Part shown: piece after piece, positions 9,370 to 20,038 of the stretch
How the letters are laid out: the number at the start of each line of letters is the position of its first letter
Position numbering within the stretch: the stretch's first letter is position 1
Assembly (NCBI GenBank): GCA_963783575.1
Contig: CAWAOD010000005.1
Location: forward strand, 224,001 to 288,000
Length of the DNA: 64,000 bases
Source: an uncultured Spirochaetota bacterium
GTDB taxonomy: Bacteria; Spirochaetota; Brevinematia; Brevinematales; JAOACQ01
Direction: 5' to 3'
The notes under the pieces: generated by a model
Told to the model about the DNA's origin: nothing
The model's input: only the letters and a program-made list of their open reading frames with translations
Databases searched by the model: none
Made by a program: the position numbers and the translations under genes

Positions 9370-11541
9370 ATGAAAAAAATAACAAGCCTGAAACAGTTAT
9401 CCGGGATTATAACCGAATTACCGAGGGGCGGGTATCTTGTCGATACATCAGCCGGGTATATACAATTCGGATCACCGCCGGAGACGCTTAAAGATACTAT
9501 CTTTCTTCCGAAAGGAGTTCCTACAATATTCGTGCTTCCTATGGAACATTTTGATACGAAGCAGGGTATGAGTGTTGCCGAAATTGAATTTCCCATCTAT
9601 TTTAATTATTTTTTAAAAAAGAAAAAAACCAGGATATTTGTTAACCCCGATCATATAAATAATATGAAGATCGTGCTTCAGGAGGCTGTTTTCGGCCCGG
9701 TAGAGGTTGATGTTAAAAATGAGGTTGAAAAAGTCGAAGGCTATCATGTTCCCGATCTTATGTCAGAAATGAGATACTTCCGTGCCGGAAGAGTGCTTGA
9801 AGATCTGGTTGATCTTAGTGAACTTAATACAAAAGGTTTCAATATTGAAAATGTTAAAATTACCCAGAATGATGACGGTTCGTTTAATGTTATTGATAAT
9901 GATAAATTTCTTGTAAAAGTACCCGCAAAAATCAGCTTCAAAGCTCTTTACGACCTTGGTACGACATTATCCGAACCTTTCATTCCGCCCGAATTCGGCA
10001 TTACATGCCTTGGGCCTTCTCATGGCTTTGATCCCGAACAGAATACATCCGGCTTTATTTTATGGATCAATAAAGCCGGGATTATGGTTGACCCGCCGGC
10101 GAATTCAACTCTCTGGCTGAAGGATTCCAATGTAAATCCGAAGCTTATAGACAGCATTATTTTCACACACTGCCATGCCGATCATGATGCGGGGACTTTC
10201 CAGAAAATCCTGGAAGAAACAAAAATAACGATTTATACAACGCCGACTGTTATGCAGAGCTTTCTCCGGAAATATTCCGCCCTGACAAGAATACCTGCAG
10301 CGACCCTTCTTGATATGTTCAATTTTTATCCGGTTAAAATGAACGGAGTTTATAATATTCATGGAGCGCTTTTCAAGTTTTATTATTCTCTTCATTCCAT
10401 ACCGACGGTCGGTTTTCACTTCAGTTACCGGAACAGGACTTTTATTTATTCTTCGGATCATTTGAATGAACCAAATATTATAAGAAAATTGCATGAGGAT
10501 GGGGTTCTTAAAAAAGAAAGGATGGAACATCTTGTGAATTTCCCATGGAATTACGATATTATATACCATGAAGCCGGCATACCGCCTCTTCACACACCGG
10601 TTAGTTTTTTAAATTCACTGCCCGAGGATGTCCAAAAAAGAATAACTGTATACCATATCGCAGAAAAAGATTTTCCCAGGGAAACCAATCTTAAACTGGC
10701 AAAGTTTGGAATAGGTGAAACGTTTTATCCGGATATAGAAAAGCACCAGTTTGAGGAACCGTATCAAATCCTTGATGTTTTCAGCCGTATTGAGGTATTC
10801 AAAGATCTTACCTTTGACAAGATAAAAGATCTTCTGCTGATAGTGAAAAAAGAAAACTTTAAAAAAGGGGACTTTATTATACGTAAAGATACTCCGGGAG
10901 ATAAATTCTATGTTATCATATCAGGGAATGTGAGCGTCAGCGGCCTTGATAACAGGGAGATTCAGGATAAGGTTTATACGACATTTGAATACTTCGGCGA
11001 AGCTTCGATAGTTCTTGGCGTTCCAAGAAAGGCTGATGTGACGGCCCTGACAAATGTTGAGGCTTATTCCATTGACAAGTATTCATTTCTCAGGCTTATC
11101 AATAACACCAAGGTTGAAAAAAATATAAAACAGCTCGCAAGCACTAGAAATGAAAGTTCCTGGATAGCTATCAAGTCGAATCCTTTCTTTAAAAATCTAT
11201 CCTCATTCCAGGTAACTCAGCTTGAATCCATTTTAACCCAGGTTAATTTCAATAAAGATACTGTTTTGTTCGAGGAAGGGGAAAAGACCGACCATATTTT
11301 TATATTGATCGAAGGCTGTATAGACATTATGGAAAAGGGTAAACACAGCAGGAATTGCGAAAAGGGTGAAATTGTCGGCGATATATTTGCAATAAAGAAT
11401 AATCAGCCTATCGGCAGGACATACAAGGCAAGCGCAGGTTCCAATCTCTATAAAATCAACGGAAAAGATATAATCGCTTTCCTTGAAGAAAACCCGGGTG
11501 TTTTCATAAATATGATGTTTGAGAAAGGGGCTGCTAAATAG
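9370..11541 (+). CDS. Metallo-beta-lactamase-fold hydrolase with two C-terminal cNMP-binding domains (putative cyclic-nucleotide phosphodiesterase)
   Basis: THCHADHDAG motif, HSIP, SSDH; cNMP domains with GDKFYVIISG..FGEASI..PRKADV and a second IFILIEG..GEIVGD. Confidence 0.85.
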   Translation: MKKITSLKQLSGIITELPRGGYLVDTSAGYIQFGSPPETLKDTIFLPKGVPTIFVLPMEHFDTKQGMSVAEIEFPIYFNYFLKKKKTRIFVNPDHINNMKIVLQEAVFGPVEVDVKNEVEKVEGYHVPDLMSEMRYFRAGRVLEDLVDLSELNTKGFNIENVKITQNDDGSFNVIDNDKFLVKVPAKISFKALYDLGTTLSEPFIPPEFGITCLGPSHGFDPEQNTSGFILWINKAGIMVDPPANSTLWLKDSNVNPKLIDSIIFTHCHADHDAGTFQKILEETKITIYTTPTVMQSFLRKYSALTRIPAATLLDMFNFYPVKMNGVYNIHGALFKFYYSLHSIPTVGFHFSYRNRTFIYSSDHLNEPNIIRKLHEDGVLKKERMEHLVNFPWNYDIIYHEAGIPPLHTPVSFLNSLPEDVQKRITVYHIAEKDFPRETNLKLAKFGIGETFYPDIEKHQFEEPYQILDVFSRIEVFKDLTFDKIKDLLLIVKKENFKKGDFIIRKDTPGDKFYVIISGNVSVSGLDNREIQDKVYTTFEYFGEASIVLGVPRKADVTALTNVEAYSIDKYSFLRLINNTKVEKNIKQLASTRNESSWIAIKSNPFFKNLSSFQVTQLESILTQVNFNKDTVLFEEGEKTDHIFILIEGCIDIMEKGKHSRNCEKGEIVGDIFAIKNNQPIGRTYKASAGSNLYKINGKDIIAFLEENPGVFINMMFEKGAAK

Positions 11542-11555
11542 CCGACAGTATAACG

Positions 11556-12335
11556 TCAGCGTTTTGTCGGCTTTTGTACAACCCAGAAACGGTTTTCATG
11601 AGAAATGCTTTTTACCTTGGCTGATTCCACGCATATTTTATTCCGTAAAGTGTTTTCAACCAGAGTAAAACCGGATTTATTTATACAATCCTTAACCTCG
11701 TCCTGTGTCGGAAAGTGAAGATATAATTCAACTCCCTTATCGATTATCATACGGTCACCGAAATCCAGGAGCCTTTTATCCTGCTCATTATTATTCCATA
11801 TTTTTTTTTCACTTTCCCAATAATTCTGCCATTTATTTTTATCGCGGTCATTGTGGGTTGTGAAAATAAAAACGCCTCCCGGTTTCAATATCCTGCGGAT
11901 TTCCATCATTGCTTTTGTCCGGTTGTCTATTCCCGGGATCTGCATAATGCCGTTAAAGGAAAAAAGAGCTCCATCAAAAGTATTATCCCGGAATTGAAGA
12001 TTAAGTACGTTTCCCTGGATAAAATTGATATTTAAACCGTATTTTTCCGACAGTTCACACGCTTTCCCGATCATTTTCTCAGAAAGGTCAAGCCCGGTTA
12101 TGCGATTATATCCAAGGCGGTAAAGGCCAATAGTAGTCCTGCCGGCACCGCACCCGATATCAAGTATATAACCGTCTTTCCGGAAATACTTGTTTGCCAT
12201 TATCGCTTCTGATTTCCATAATTTAATTTCAACAGCCTGCTTTCCGTATTCTTCTACGACTTTAGGCGTTAAGTAGGCTTTTTTTATATCCTCAATGCTG
12301 ATTTTATTATAACCGGACATAAATTGCTCCAGCAA
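11556..12335 (-). CDS. Class I SAM-dependent methyltransferase
   Basis: ILDIGCGAGRT, GLDLSEKMI, EIRRILKPGGVF motifs. Confidence 0.9.
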   Translation of the reverse strand: MLEQFMSGYNKISIEDIKKAYLTPKVVEEYGKQAVEIKLWKSEAIMANKYFRKDGYILDIGCGAGRTTIGLYRLGYNRITGLDLSEKMIGKACELSEKYGLNINFIQGNVLNLQFRDNTFDGALFSFNGIMQIPGIDNRTKAMMEIRRILKPGGVFIFTTHNDRDKNKWQNYWESEKKIWNNNEQDKRLLDFGDRMIIDKGVELYLHFPTQDEVKDCINKSGFTLVENTLRNKICVESAKVKSISHENRFWVVQKPTKR

Positions 12336-12480
12336 TGCAATGCTAAAGTTTAAATTCTCTAATTATCTACTGCGTTAACACCAGCCACGTTTAAATATTA
12401 AAAAAGCGCGCCAGCATCAAAAGTGTCCATTTATAAAATTAAGTAAATCTTTTTTAATTTTTGTATATAGAAAATAAGCT

Positions 12481-12729
12481 TTATATTTCCATACTTTTAA
12501 CCCTTACTCCCTTACATTCGAGAAGAGCGGTTTCAAGATTTTTTATTTCATCATTAGTTCCATATAAATGGAGCAGAATCAAGCCGCCCTCAGAGCAGTT
12601 CTTTTCAACTTCATGAATGCCAAGTCTGACTTTTATTATGCAGCCATGGTTTGTAAGAACTTCCTGAACTTTTAATGCTTCCTCACGCCTTCTGTCCAGA
12701 AGTACTGCCATTATAACAGTTTGGTTCAT
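12481..12729 (-). CDS. Small ACT-like protein (TM1266 / NikR C-terminal-like)
   Basis: VQEVLTNHGCIIKVRLGIH...GLILLHL pattern; 82 aa. Confidence 0.7.
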   Translation of the reverse strand: MNQTVIMAVLLDRRREEALKVQEVLTNHGCIIKVRLGIHEVEKNCSEGGLILLHLYGTNDEIKNLETALLECKGVRVKSMEI

Positions 12730-12893
12730 AAATTCCTCTTATTTATTATTTGTTAAGCTTTGTTTATAAGTAAAATTTTAATTTATGATCTGTAATTCTG
12801 CAAAATAATAAAGGGTATGCAATTTCATATTTTCTAGAAAAGTTTACCGCAAAATAACTAAGGAAATTGTTGATCAAATCGGTATACCAGGTT

Positions 12894-14021
12894 TTATATT
12901 CCCAGGTCCAGCTTAATCGAAATGAATTTCATTATATCCTTTAGGGTTAAAATACCCATCAGCTTTTCACCTTCAACAACCAAAAGCCTGCTGTTGCCTG
13001 TTTTCTGCATCAGCAGGAGAGCCTTACCGGCGTCAGTATCGGGAGTAATTGTATTAACGGGTGATAAAGCGCCTGCTGTTTCGCCGACGGTTTTTGTTTT
13101 CCATTCGTCGCGCGGGATAGATTTTAACATTCGTGTTGTTATAATACCGGCTACTCGGTCATCTGTAACAACCGGAAACATTTTATAATGGTACTCATAA
13201 ATAAAGTTTTCAACCAGCTGCTCAAGGGTTAATGACTGGCTGACTGTAACTGGGTCTTTTTTCATAAACCTTTCTATTTTCTCGCCTGCAAGGGCATCGC
13301 GGGCCAGAAGTTGCTGATATGAAGATCTGGCGGCGTTCTGAAGGAACATTCCTATCAATACCCACCATAATCCGTTGATAAAGTTGGACATAATGATCTG
13401 CACAATTCCAAAAGCTATGAGTAAAATGCCGAAAACCGACCCAATCCTGGAAGAAATCTTTGTGGCCCATTTTATATTTTTTTTCCATTGCCATAATGCT
13501 GACCTGAGCACTCGCCCTCCATCCAGGGGAAACGCGGGGACAAGATTGAAAGCCGCCAGAGTCCAGTTAATGAATGAAAGATAACCGATGATTCCTTTGA
13601 CCGGATCCGGCCAATTGAGATAATTCCCCCCCATAAGAAAACAGTAAAATATTAATCCCAGTATTATACTGGAAACCGGGCCTGCTATTGCCATTAGAAA
13701 TTCAGTTTTTGCGTTCGGCGGTTCATCCTCCATCTGAGCTACTCCGCCGAAAATAAACAATGTTATGCCTTTAATTTGAAGCCCGTATCTTCTGGCTACA
13801 AGAGAATGGCTCATCTCATGGAAAACGATCGAAAAAAACAGGCCTAAGGCGCCAGCTAAGCCCATCCACCAGTATGTAAACATTGAAAGATTTTTTATAT
13901 AATAAGGGAAAAGCCCCATCGCGAGGGACCAAGTAATGAGAACAGCTATAATTAACCAGCTTGCGTCTATTTTAACCTCAAACCCAAAGATGCTGAATAA
14001 TCTGATTGATTTACCGAACAT
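12894..14021 (-). CDS. Site-2 protease (peptidase M50) with tandem CBS domains
   Basis: HEMSH, AIAGP and NLVPAFPLDGGR motifs; C-terminal CBS pair. Confidence 0.95.
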   Translation of the reverse strand: MFGKSIRLFSIFGFEVKIDASWLIIAVLITWSLAMGLFPYYIKNLSMFTYWWMGLAGALGLFFSIVFHEMSHSLVARRYGLQIKGITLFIFGGVAQMEDEPPNAKTEFLMAIAGPVSSIILGLIFYCFLMGGNYLNWPDPVKGIIGYLSFINWTLAAFNLVPAFPLDGGRVLRSALWQWKKNIKWATKISSRIGSVFGILLIAFGIVQIIMSNFINGLWWVLIGMFLQNAARSSYQQLLARDALAGEKIERFMKKDPVTVSQSLTLEQLVENFIYEYHYKMFPVVTDDRVAGIITTRMLKSIPRDEWKTKTVGETAGALSPVNTITPDTDAGKALLLMQKTGNSRLLVVEGEKLMGILTLKDIMKFISIKLDLGI

Positions 14022-14118
14022 AAAAATCCTCCTGCATACTAAATATTAATAATGAAAAACATTTTTGACAAATCGCTTGTCGAATATACAAAAAATCAGT
14101 TAACTGTGTAATCGATAT

Positions 14119-14895
14119 TCATTTTATAACGAATGATCTCATTGATACCGATCCGTTTTGTATGCCTTCATGAAAGAAAGTTACGGTTTCTGATTTTTCC
14201 TTCAACGCAAGCGCATAAAGCATCGGCAGATAATGATCGTTTGTTGGTACGGCGAGTCTGGCCGGTTCTCCCAATTTTTGATAATCGATGAGCTTTTTAT
14301 GTTCATCAGCAAGAATCAGCTTTTTAACCGTTGAATCGAATTCTAATGTCCAGTCAAAAGGCGCTGCCTCGGTTTCATATTTAATCATTCGGAGATTATG
14401 GACAATATTTCCGCTTCCTATGATTAAAATTCCATTTTCCCTCAGGGGCTTTAATGCTTTTCCCATTTCATAATGAAAATCCGCCGGAGCCCCGACGCAT
14501 AGCGAAAGTTCAATTACGGGGATACCGGCACCAGGGTACATATGGTGCAGCACTGCCCAGGATGCATGGTCCAGACCCCATTTGCCGCATTGTGCATTAT
14601 ATTTTTTGAGCGATTCGATGGCCTCTTCCGAGACTTCTTTTGATCCTTTTGCCGGGTATCTGCACTGGTAGAGCTCCTGCGGAAAACCGTAAAAATCATA
14701 AATCTGCTCAGGAGATTTGTCGCAGGTTACAAATGTTCCTTCGGTTAACCAATGAGCCGAAATAACAGCAATAGCACGAGGTCTGGAAAGTTCCATCCCG
14801 ATTTTTTTTAACGATCTGGTAAAATCGTTATCCAAAATAATATTCATCGGCGATCCATGCCCGATAAATAATACAGGCATCTTTTCATAATCCAT
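14119..14895 (-). CDS. ygiD: 4,5-DOPA extradiol dioxygenase (LigB family)
   Basis: MPVLFIGHGSPMN, ISAHW, GLDHASW, GSGNIVHNL, AVPTNDHYLP. Confidence 0.9.
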   Translation of the reverse strand: MDYEKMPVLFIGHGSPMNIILDNDFTRSLKKIGMELSRPRAIAVISAHWLTEGTFVTCDKSPEQIYDFYGFPQELYQCRYPAKGSKEVSEEAIESLKKYNAQCGKWGLDHASWAVLHHMYPGAGIPVIELSLCVGAPADFHYEMGKALKPLRENGILIIGSGNIVHNLRMIKYETEAAPFDWTLEFDSTVKKLILADEHKKLIDYQKLGEPARLAVPTNDHYLPMLYALALKEKSETVTFFHEGIQNGSVSMRSFVIK

Positions 14896-15106
14896 AAAAC
14901 CCCCTTATACTAAGGCATATCAATAAAATAATGATTATACATAAAAAGGTAAAGTTTTCCTTGACGAAAATACATTGTTATTATTAAACTTTTAAAGAGT
15001 ATTGTATTGATTTCAGTAATCCTGGAGCTGATGATATTAGCAGGTTATTCAATTTACAGGCTGAAATGAAAATCAGGTGAAATAAAGTTTATATTAAGGG
15101 GGTTTT

Positions 15107-15749
15107 ATGAATCTAGTTTTAATCGGCGCAACCGGATACGTTGGAGGTTTTGTTTTGAAGGAGGCATTGGATAGGGGGCATACTATAACCGCTGTATCCC
15201 GGCATATTGAAAAATTGATACCGCATCCTAATCAAAAAGCCGCTAATTGCGATATTTTTAATGAAGATGAATTGGCTGCGATCATATCAGGGGCATGAGG
15301 CCGTTATTAGTTCGTATAACCCGGGATGGAGCAATCCCGATATCCGAAGCCTTTTTGTTAAAGGCTCAAAAGCAATAATCGGCAGCGTTAAACAATCCGG
15401 AATCAAACGTTTGATTGTTATCGGCGGGGCAGGTAGCCTTTATGTCAAACCCGGATTGCAGCTTGTGGATACAAAGGATTTTCCTAATGAGTATAAGGAT
15501 GGTGCGCTTGGCGCCAGGGAAGTGCTTGATATTTTAAAAAATGAAACGGATTTGGACTGGACGTTTGTAAGCCCATCCACAATTCTTGCGCCGGGTGAAA
15601 GAACGGGAAAATTCAGAATTGGAAATGATCAACTGCTTCTTGATGAAAATGGGGAAAGCAGAATTTCGACTCAGGATCTTGCTATGGCAATTATTAACGA
15701 GATTGAAACTCCTAAATTTATAAAAGAACGATTTACTGTAGGTTACTGA
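15107..15749 (+). pseudogene. NAD(P)-dependent oxidoreductase (YwnB/flavin-reductase-like), frameshifted near 15290; probably an assembly indel
   Basis: GATGYVG N-half and GHEAVISS..GGAGSL..DWTFVSP..GERTGKFRIG C-half join if one G is removed from GGGG at 15290-15293. Confidence 0.8.
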
Positions 15750-15776
15750 TAATTATTTTTTACAAAGAATAAAAAG

Positions 15777-15809
15777 GAAGGGATTTAACCCTAATGACTA
15801 AATCCCTTC
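15777..15809. terminator. Probable bidirectional terminator between convergent genes
   Basis: GAAGGGATTTA...TAAATCCCTTC 11-bp stem. Confidence 0.6.
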
Positions 15810-15843
15810 TATTAAGCTTTGAACGGGTTAAATAAATTTATGT

Positions 15844-16728
15844 TTATGCGGCTTTCTTTATCCCGGATTTCTGCCAGCCATGCTTTTTAAGCCAGCTTTC
15901 AAGAGTCATTAATCCCTTATACATCCTGTGAAGTGATTTAATATCAGCCTTATATCCGTAATTATTCAGCCATTCCGACATTTTAAACATCTCATAACTC
16001 AGGCTTTTAATTTGTTCTGCAGGAATTTCTTGATATATTACCTTTCTGCCGGTCACTTTTGAAAAAATCCTTGCTGCTTCAATCATTGTGAATTCATCTC
16101 CTGCCAATTCAATCTCTAAGCCGTTAAAGTCCTCAGGTTTGTCAAATGCCATGTTAACGAAAGCGCCAAGATCTTCCGGCGCTATATATTGAACCTTTTT
16201 ATCCGGATGTGTGTATGATTTAAGGACTCCGTTCAATATGGATTCACGGCTGTCAGGCCTTTCAAAGTTGTACATATAAGAGACCGGTCTGAAGATTGTG
16301 TATTTTAAACCGGAATCCCGAATGTAGAACTCAATTTCCCTTTTACTTTCAAAATGAGGGATTTTTGTATTCCTTTCTGCAGCACCGACCGATGTAAAAA
16401 TTAAATGTGAAATTCCGGCATCTTTTGCGGCATCAACCAGATTTTTTCCCTGGCGGATTTCACCTTCGGTTCCCTTTTCCATAAAAGTTGTAACAAGAAA
16501 AGCCCCATAAACATCCTTTATTGATTTATCAAGAGAACTTTTATCGAAGAGATCGCCGATTACTACTTCGGCTCCCCTTTTTTCCAATGATTTTATTATA
16601 TCATCGGAATTTTTCCGCGTAAGCGCTCTTACAGACCAGCCGTTTTTTATCAGGCTATCCAGAACAGCTCTGCCCTGGTGACCTGTAGCTCCTGTGACCA
16701 ATATGGTTTTATCTTTTTTCCCGGTCAT
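15844..16728 (-). CDS. NmrA/HSCARG family NAD(P)-binding protein
   Basis: ILVTGATGHQG, GKNLVDAAK, PHFESK..IE, YTIFRP. Confidence 0.9.
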   Translation of the reverse strand: MTGKKDKTILVTGATGHQGRAVLDSLIKNGWSVRALTRKNSDDIIKSLEKRGAEVVIGDLFDKSSLDKSIKDVYGAFLVTTFMEKGTEGEIRQGKNLVDAAKDAGISHLIFTSVGAAERNTKIPHFESKREIEFYIRDSGLKYTIFRPVSYMYNFERPDSRESILNGVLKSYTHPDKKVQYIAPEDLGAFVNMAFDKPEDFNGLEIELAGDEFTMIEAARIFSKVTGRKVIYQEIPAEQIKSLSYEMFKMSEWLNNYGYKADIKSLHRMYKGLMTLESWLKKHGWQKSGIKKAA

Positions 16729-16896
16729 ATAGACCCCCTATACAAAATTGCATGTTTAAGATATTATTCATTCTTAATTAAAAATAATAAAATCCGATGA
16801 AAAGTCAAATTCGGTATAAATTAATTCATTATATACTTGACCTTTATTCCAATTATTTTTATATATAATTATATGACTATGCTTTCGGAGGTTTAT

Positions 16897-17781
16897 ATGA
16901 TTGATATAAAAAATAAAACTATTCTTGTAACCGGGGCTTCCGGTAATCAGGGAATGGCTGTGGTTGATAATCTTCTGAGAGTCGGCTGGAAGGTTAAGGC
17001 TTTGACCAGAGGCGGTTCTAGAGAATCTGTCAATAAACTCAGACAAATGGGCGCAGGTATTTATATTGCGGATTTGAATGACCGTTTAACAATCAACAAG
17101 TTAATGAAAAACATTTATGGAGTTTTTGCTCTTACAACATCTCAGGAGCAGGGAACAGCAGGCGAGATTTTCCGTGGAAAGAATCTTGCCGATTCTGCAT
17201 TAAAAGCCGGTGTAAAGCATTTTGTCTATTCATCGGTAGCCGGTTCGGATCAAAATACCAGAATCCTCCAGTATAAAAGTAAAAGGGTTATCGAACAATA
17301 TATCAAGGATATAGGATTGAATTATACTATTTTCAGACCGGTATTTTTTATGTATAATTTCAATATGCCTGAACTAAAGAAATCAATCAGTGAAGGTATT
17401 CTGCGCCTTCCGTTAAAACCGGGTAAACTTTTGCAAATGATTGCTCCTGATGATCTTGGAATTTTTGTAAGAATGGCCTTTGAATCGCCGGAAATGTTTT
17501 TGGATAAATCAATTGACATAGCCGGTGATGAAATGACTTTAAGAGAAGCTGCCGGGATTTTTACTGCCAGGATAGGCTGCAGAGTTGTTTACGAAGAAAT
17601 CCCGATCGAAATGATACAAAATGAGAGTAAGGATGATGCTTTAATGTTCGAATGGCTGAATGACAGTAATTTTAAAGTTGATATAAAATCATTAAAAACC
17701 ATTCATCCTGGTTTGATGACACTTGACAACTGGTTATATAATAATGGCTGGAGCAAGAGTTGCATTATGAAAGCCGCTTAA
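16897..17781 (+). CDS. NmrA/HSCARG family NAD(P)-binding protein (paralogue)
   Basis: GGAGG RBS; ILVTGASGNQG, GKNLADSA, YKSK..IE, YTIFRP. Confidence 0.9.
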   Translation: MIDIKNKTILVTGASGNQGMAVVDNLLRVGWKVKALTRGGSRESVNKLRQMGAGIYIADLNDRLTINKLMKNIYGVFALTTSQEQGTAGEIFRGKNLADSALKAGVKHFVYSSVAGSDQNTRILQYKSKRVIEQYIKDIGLNYTIFRPVFFMYNFNMPELKKSISEGILRLPLKPGKLLQMIAPDDLGIFVRMAFESPEMFLDKSIDIAGDEMTLREAAGIFTARIGCRVVYEEIPIEMIQNESKDDALMFEWLNDSNFKVDIKSLKTIHPGLMTLDNWLYNNGWSKSCIMKAA

Positions 17782-17802
17782 CAAGCGTTCTCCTTTAGTT
17801 CG

Positions 17803-17828
17803 GCCTGTCTGCTGCCAGGCAGGCAGGC
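17803..17828. repeat. Short REP-like palindrome
   Basis: GCCTGTCTGC-TGCCAG-GCAGGCAGGC, GC-rich in an AT-rich intergenic space. Confidence 0.55.
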
Positions 17829-17873
17829 TTCTTGACTATGAGATATATATTAGAATTTATATGTGAGGTTTTT

Positions 17874-18581
17874 ATGAACAAACTTCTGAATGACAAATGG
17901 GCTTTTGTTACAGGATCGAGCCGCGGGATAGGACAGCAGATTGCTCTGGGTCTGGCTCAATACGGATGCAATATTGTGCTTCATGGGAGGGTAAAAAATA
18001 ATGCTTTAAAAACCAAAATGCTGCTCAAAGATTATGATGTTAAAACTGAGATGGTAGAAGGTGAGCTTAGGGATGAAAAAAAAATCCTGAATATGTGCGA
18101 TGAGGCATATAAAGCGGTGGGGCATATCGATATTCTTTATAATAACGCCGCTGTAATGAGCAAATACGATAAAATCTGGAATATACCAATGGCTGAATGG
18201 AAAAGGGTGTTTGAAATCAATGTTTTTGCAATGATTACAATCTGTAATTATTTTATTCCCAGGATGGTTGAAAAAGGTTACGGCCGTATTATAAACATTA
18301 CTTCCGGTATCAAAGACCAGCCTGAACTTTCACCGTACAGCGTATCAAAGGCAGCCGTTGATAAGTATACACTTGATGTTGCGGCTGAATTAAAAGGGAC
18401 AAACGTACTGATATCATATCTCGATCCGGGCTGGCTCCGGACGGATCTCGGATCGGAAAGAGCGCCTTATTCAGTCGAGACTGTTATTCCAGGCGCGATT
18501 GTCCCGGCCCTGCTTGAAGACTTCGGTCCGAACGGCGAGCGGTTCTATGCCCAGGATTATAAGAATCTCAAACTGCAATAA
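17874..18581 (+). CDS. Short-chain dehydrogenase/reductase
   Basis: TGSSRGIG, NNAA, YSVSK, DPGWLRTDL. Confidence 0.9.
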   Translation: MNKLLNDKWAFVTGSSRGIGQQIALGLAQYGCNIVLHGRVKNNALKTKMLLKDYDVKTEMVEGELRDEKKILNMCDEAYKAVGHIDILYNNAAVMSKYDKIWNIPMAEWKRVFEINVFAMITICNYFIPRMVEKGYGRIINITSGIKDQPELSPYSVSKAAVDKYTLDVAAELKGTNVLISYLDPGWLRTDLGSERAPYSVETVIPGAIVPALLEDFGPNGERFYAQDYKNLKLQ

Positions 18582-18583
18582 TA

Positions 18584-19237
18584 TCACATTGGTTTATTAT
18601 GCTTCACGACTTTCCCTTCCTTTATGTAAATTACTTCCTCACATATATTTGTTGAAACATCTGCTATTTTCTCGAGACTTCGTGCAACCCTCAGTAAATA
18701 AAGAGAGCGTTCGATTGTCGACGCATCCGACAGCATAAAAGTAATGAGTTCCCTCGTTATCTGATCCCTTAAATCGTCTACAACATCATCCCGTTTGCAT
18801 ACATTTAATGCAAGATCAGAATCTTCATTTACAATAGAAGTTATACTGTCGTCAAGCATCTTGAGTGTTTCTTCCGTCATCCTGGGAATATCAATAAAAG
18901 GTTTAACTTTTGGCTTATCGCATAAATATAAAGCGCTTTCCGCGATATTCACTGCGTTGTCGCCCATCCTCTCCAGGTCAGAGACCATTTTCGCTATCAT
19001 CATCACTATTCTTAAAAATTTGGCTTCAGGGTGATAAAGAGCTATTACATGGATGCATTCGTCATCCAGGGTAATTTCCTCTTCGTTTACTCTCGGCTCA
19101 TAAACATCAATTACCTCCCTCGCGAGAGCCTCGTCTCTTTTAATTACCGATTCCACGGATAACTCAATCATTTTTTTTACAAGTGTTGCGTATTGAATGA
19201 TCTTTTCCTTAAGTTCTATTATTTTTCCTTCAAGCAT
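18584..19237 (-). CDS. phoU: Phosphate signalling protein PhoU
   Basis: DLERMGDNAVNIA, DDVVD, LEKIAD..TNICE; follows pstB. Confidence 0.95.
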   Translation of the reverse strand: MLEGKIIELKEKIIQYATLVKKMIELSVESVIKRDEALAREVIDVYEPRVNEEEITLDDECIHVIALYHPEAKFLRIVMMIAKMVSDLERMGDNAVNIAESALYLCDKPKVKPFIDIPRMTEETLKMLDDSITSIVNEDSDLALNVCKRDDVVDDLRDQITRELITFMLSDASTIERSLYLLRVARSLEKIADVSTNICEEVIYIKEGKVVKHNKPM

Positions 19238-19246
19238 TATATTCTC

Positions 19247-20038
19247 CTATCCGAATTTTCCAGTAAGATATTCTTCCGTCCTTTTGTCCTGAGGAACAGT
19301 AAAAAGCTTTTCCGAGGGCCCATATTCGATCAGTTCTCCTAGGTACATAAATGCAGTATAATCGGAAACCCTTCCAGCCTGAGCAATGTTATGCGTTACC
19401 AGAATGATCGAGACATTGTTCTTAAGCTCTACAATCAATTCCTCAATATATGAAGTCGCCTTAGGGTCAAGAGCCGAAGTCGGTTCGTCAAGAAGAAGAA
19501 CAGCCGGGTTCATTGCAAGTGCCCTTGCTATGCAGAGTCTCTGCTGCTGGCCTCCGGAAAGGAATGTTCCCCTTCTGTGCAGTTTGTCCTTGACCTCATT
19601 CCATAAAGCGGATTTTAATAGAGATTCCTCCACTATTTTATCGGATTCATCCCTGCGAAGCCTGAACCCGTTTAGTTTATAACCGGAAATGACATTATCG
19701 TAAATACTCATAGTCGGGAAAGGGTTCGGCCTCTGGAAGACCATACCTGTGCTTCTTCTTACGATTATAGGATCAATTGACAACAGATCATCCCCGTTCA
19801 ATAAAATTCTTCCGGTAACTCTTGTCCCGGGCGTAAGCTCATGCATCCTGTTAAAACATCGTATCAGCGTAGATTTTCCACAGCCTGACGGGCCCATAAC
19901 AGCATGCACTTTATTTTGATAATAATCCATGTTTACATTTTTCAAAGCCTGATTATCCCCGTAATAGACATTAAGTTCCTGCACGCTTAAAACAACCGAT
20001 TCGGTTAAATCACCACCGGTTAAAACTTGACTTTCCAT
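19247..20038 (-). CDS. pstB: Phosphate ABC transporter ATPase
   Basis: [47 protein letters not shown]. Confidence 0.97.
   Translation of the reverse strand: MESQVLTGGDLTESVVLSVQELNVYYGDNQALKNVNMDYYQNKVHAVMGPSGCGKSTLIRCFNRMHELTPGTRVTGRILLNGDDLLSIDPIIVRRSTGMVFQRPNPFPTMSIYDNVISGYKLNGFRLRRDESDKIVEESLLKSALWNEVKDKLHRRGTFLSGGQQQRLCIARALAMNPAVLLLDEPTSALDPKATSYIEELIVELKNNVSIILVTHNIAQAGRVSDYTAFMYLGELIEYGPSEKLFTVPQDKRTEEYLTGKFG

Noticed and set aside
12481..12729. Hydrogenase maturation locus suggested by the TM1266-like gene
   Set aside because: No hyd genes are nearby in this window.
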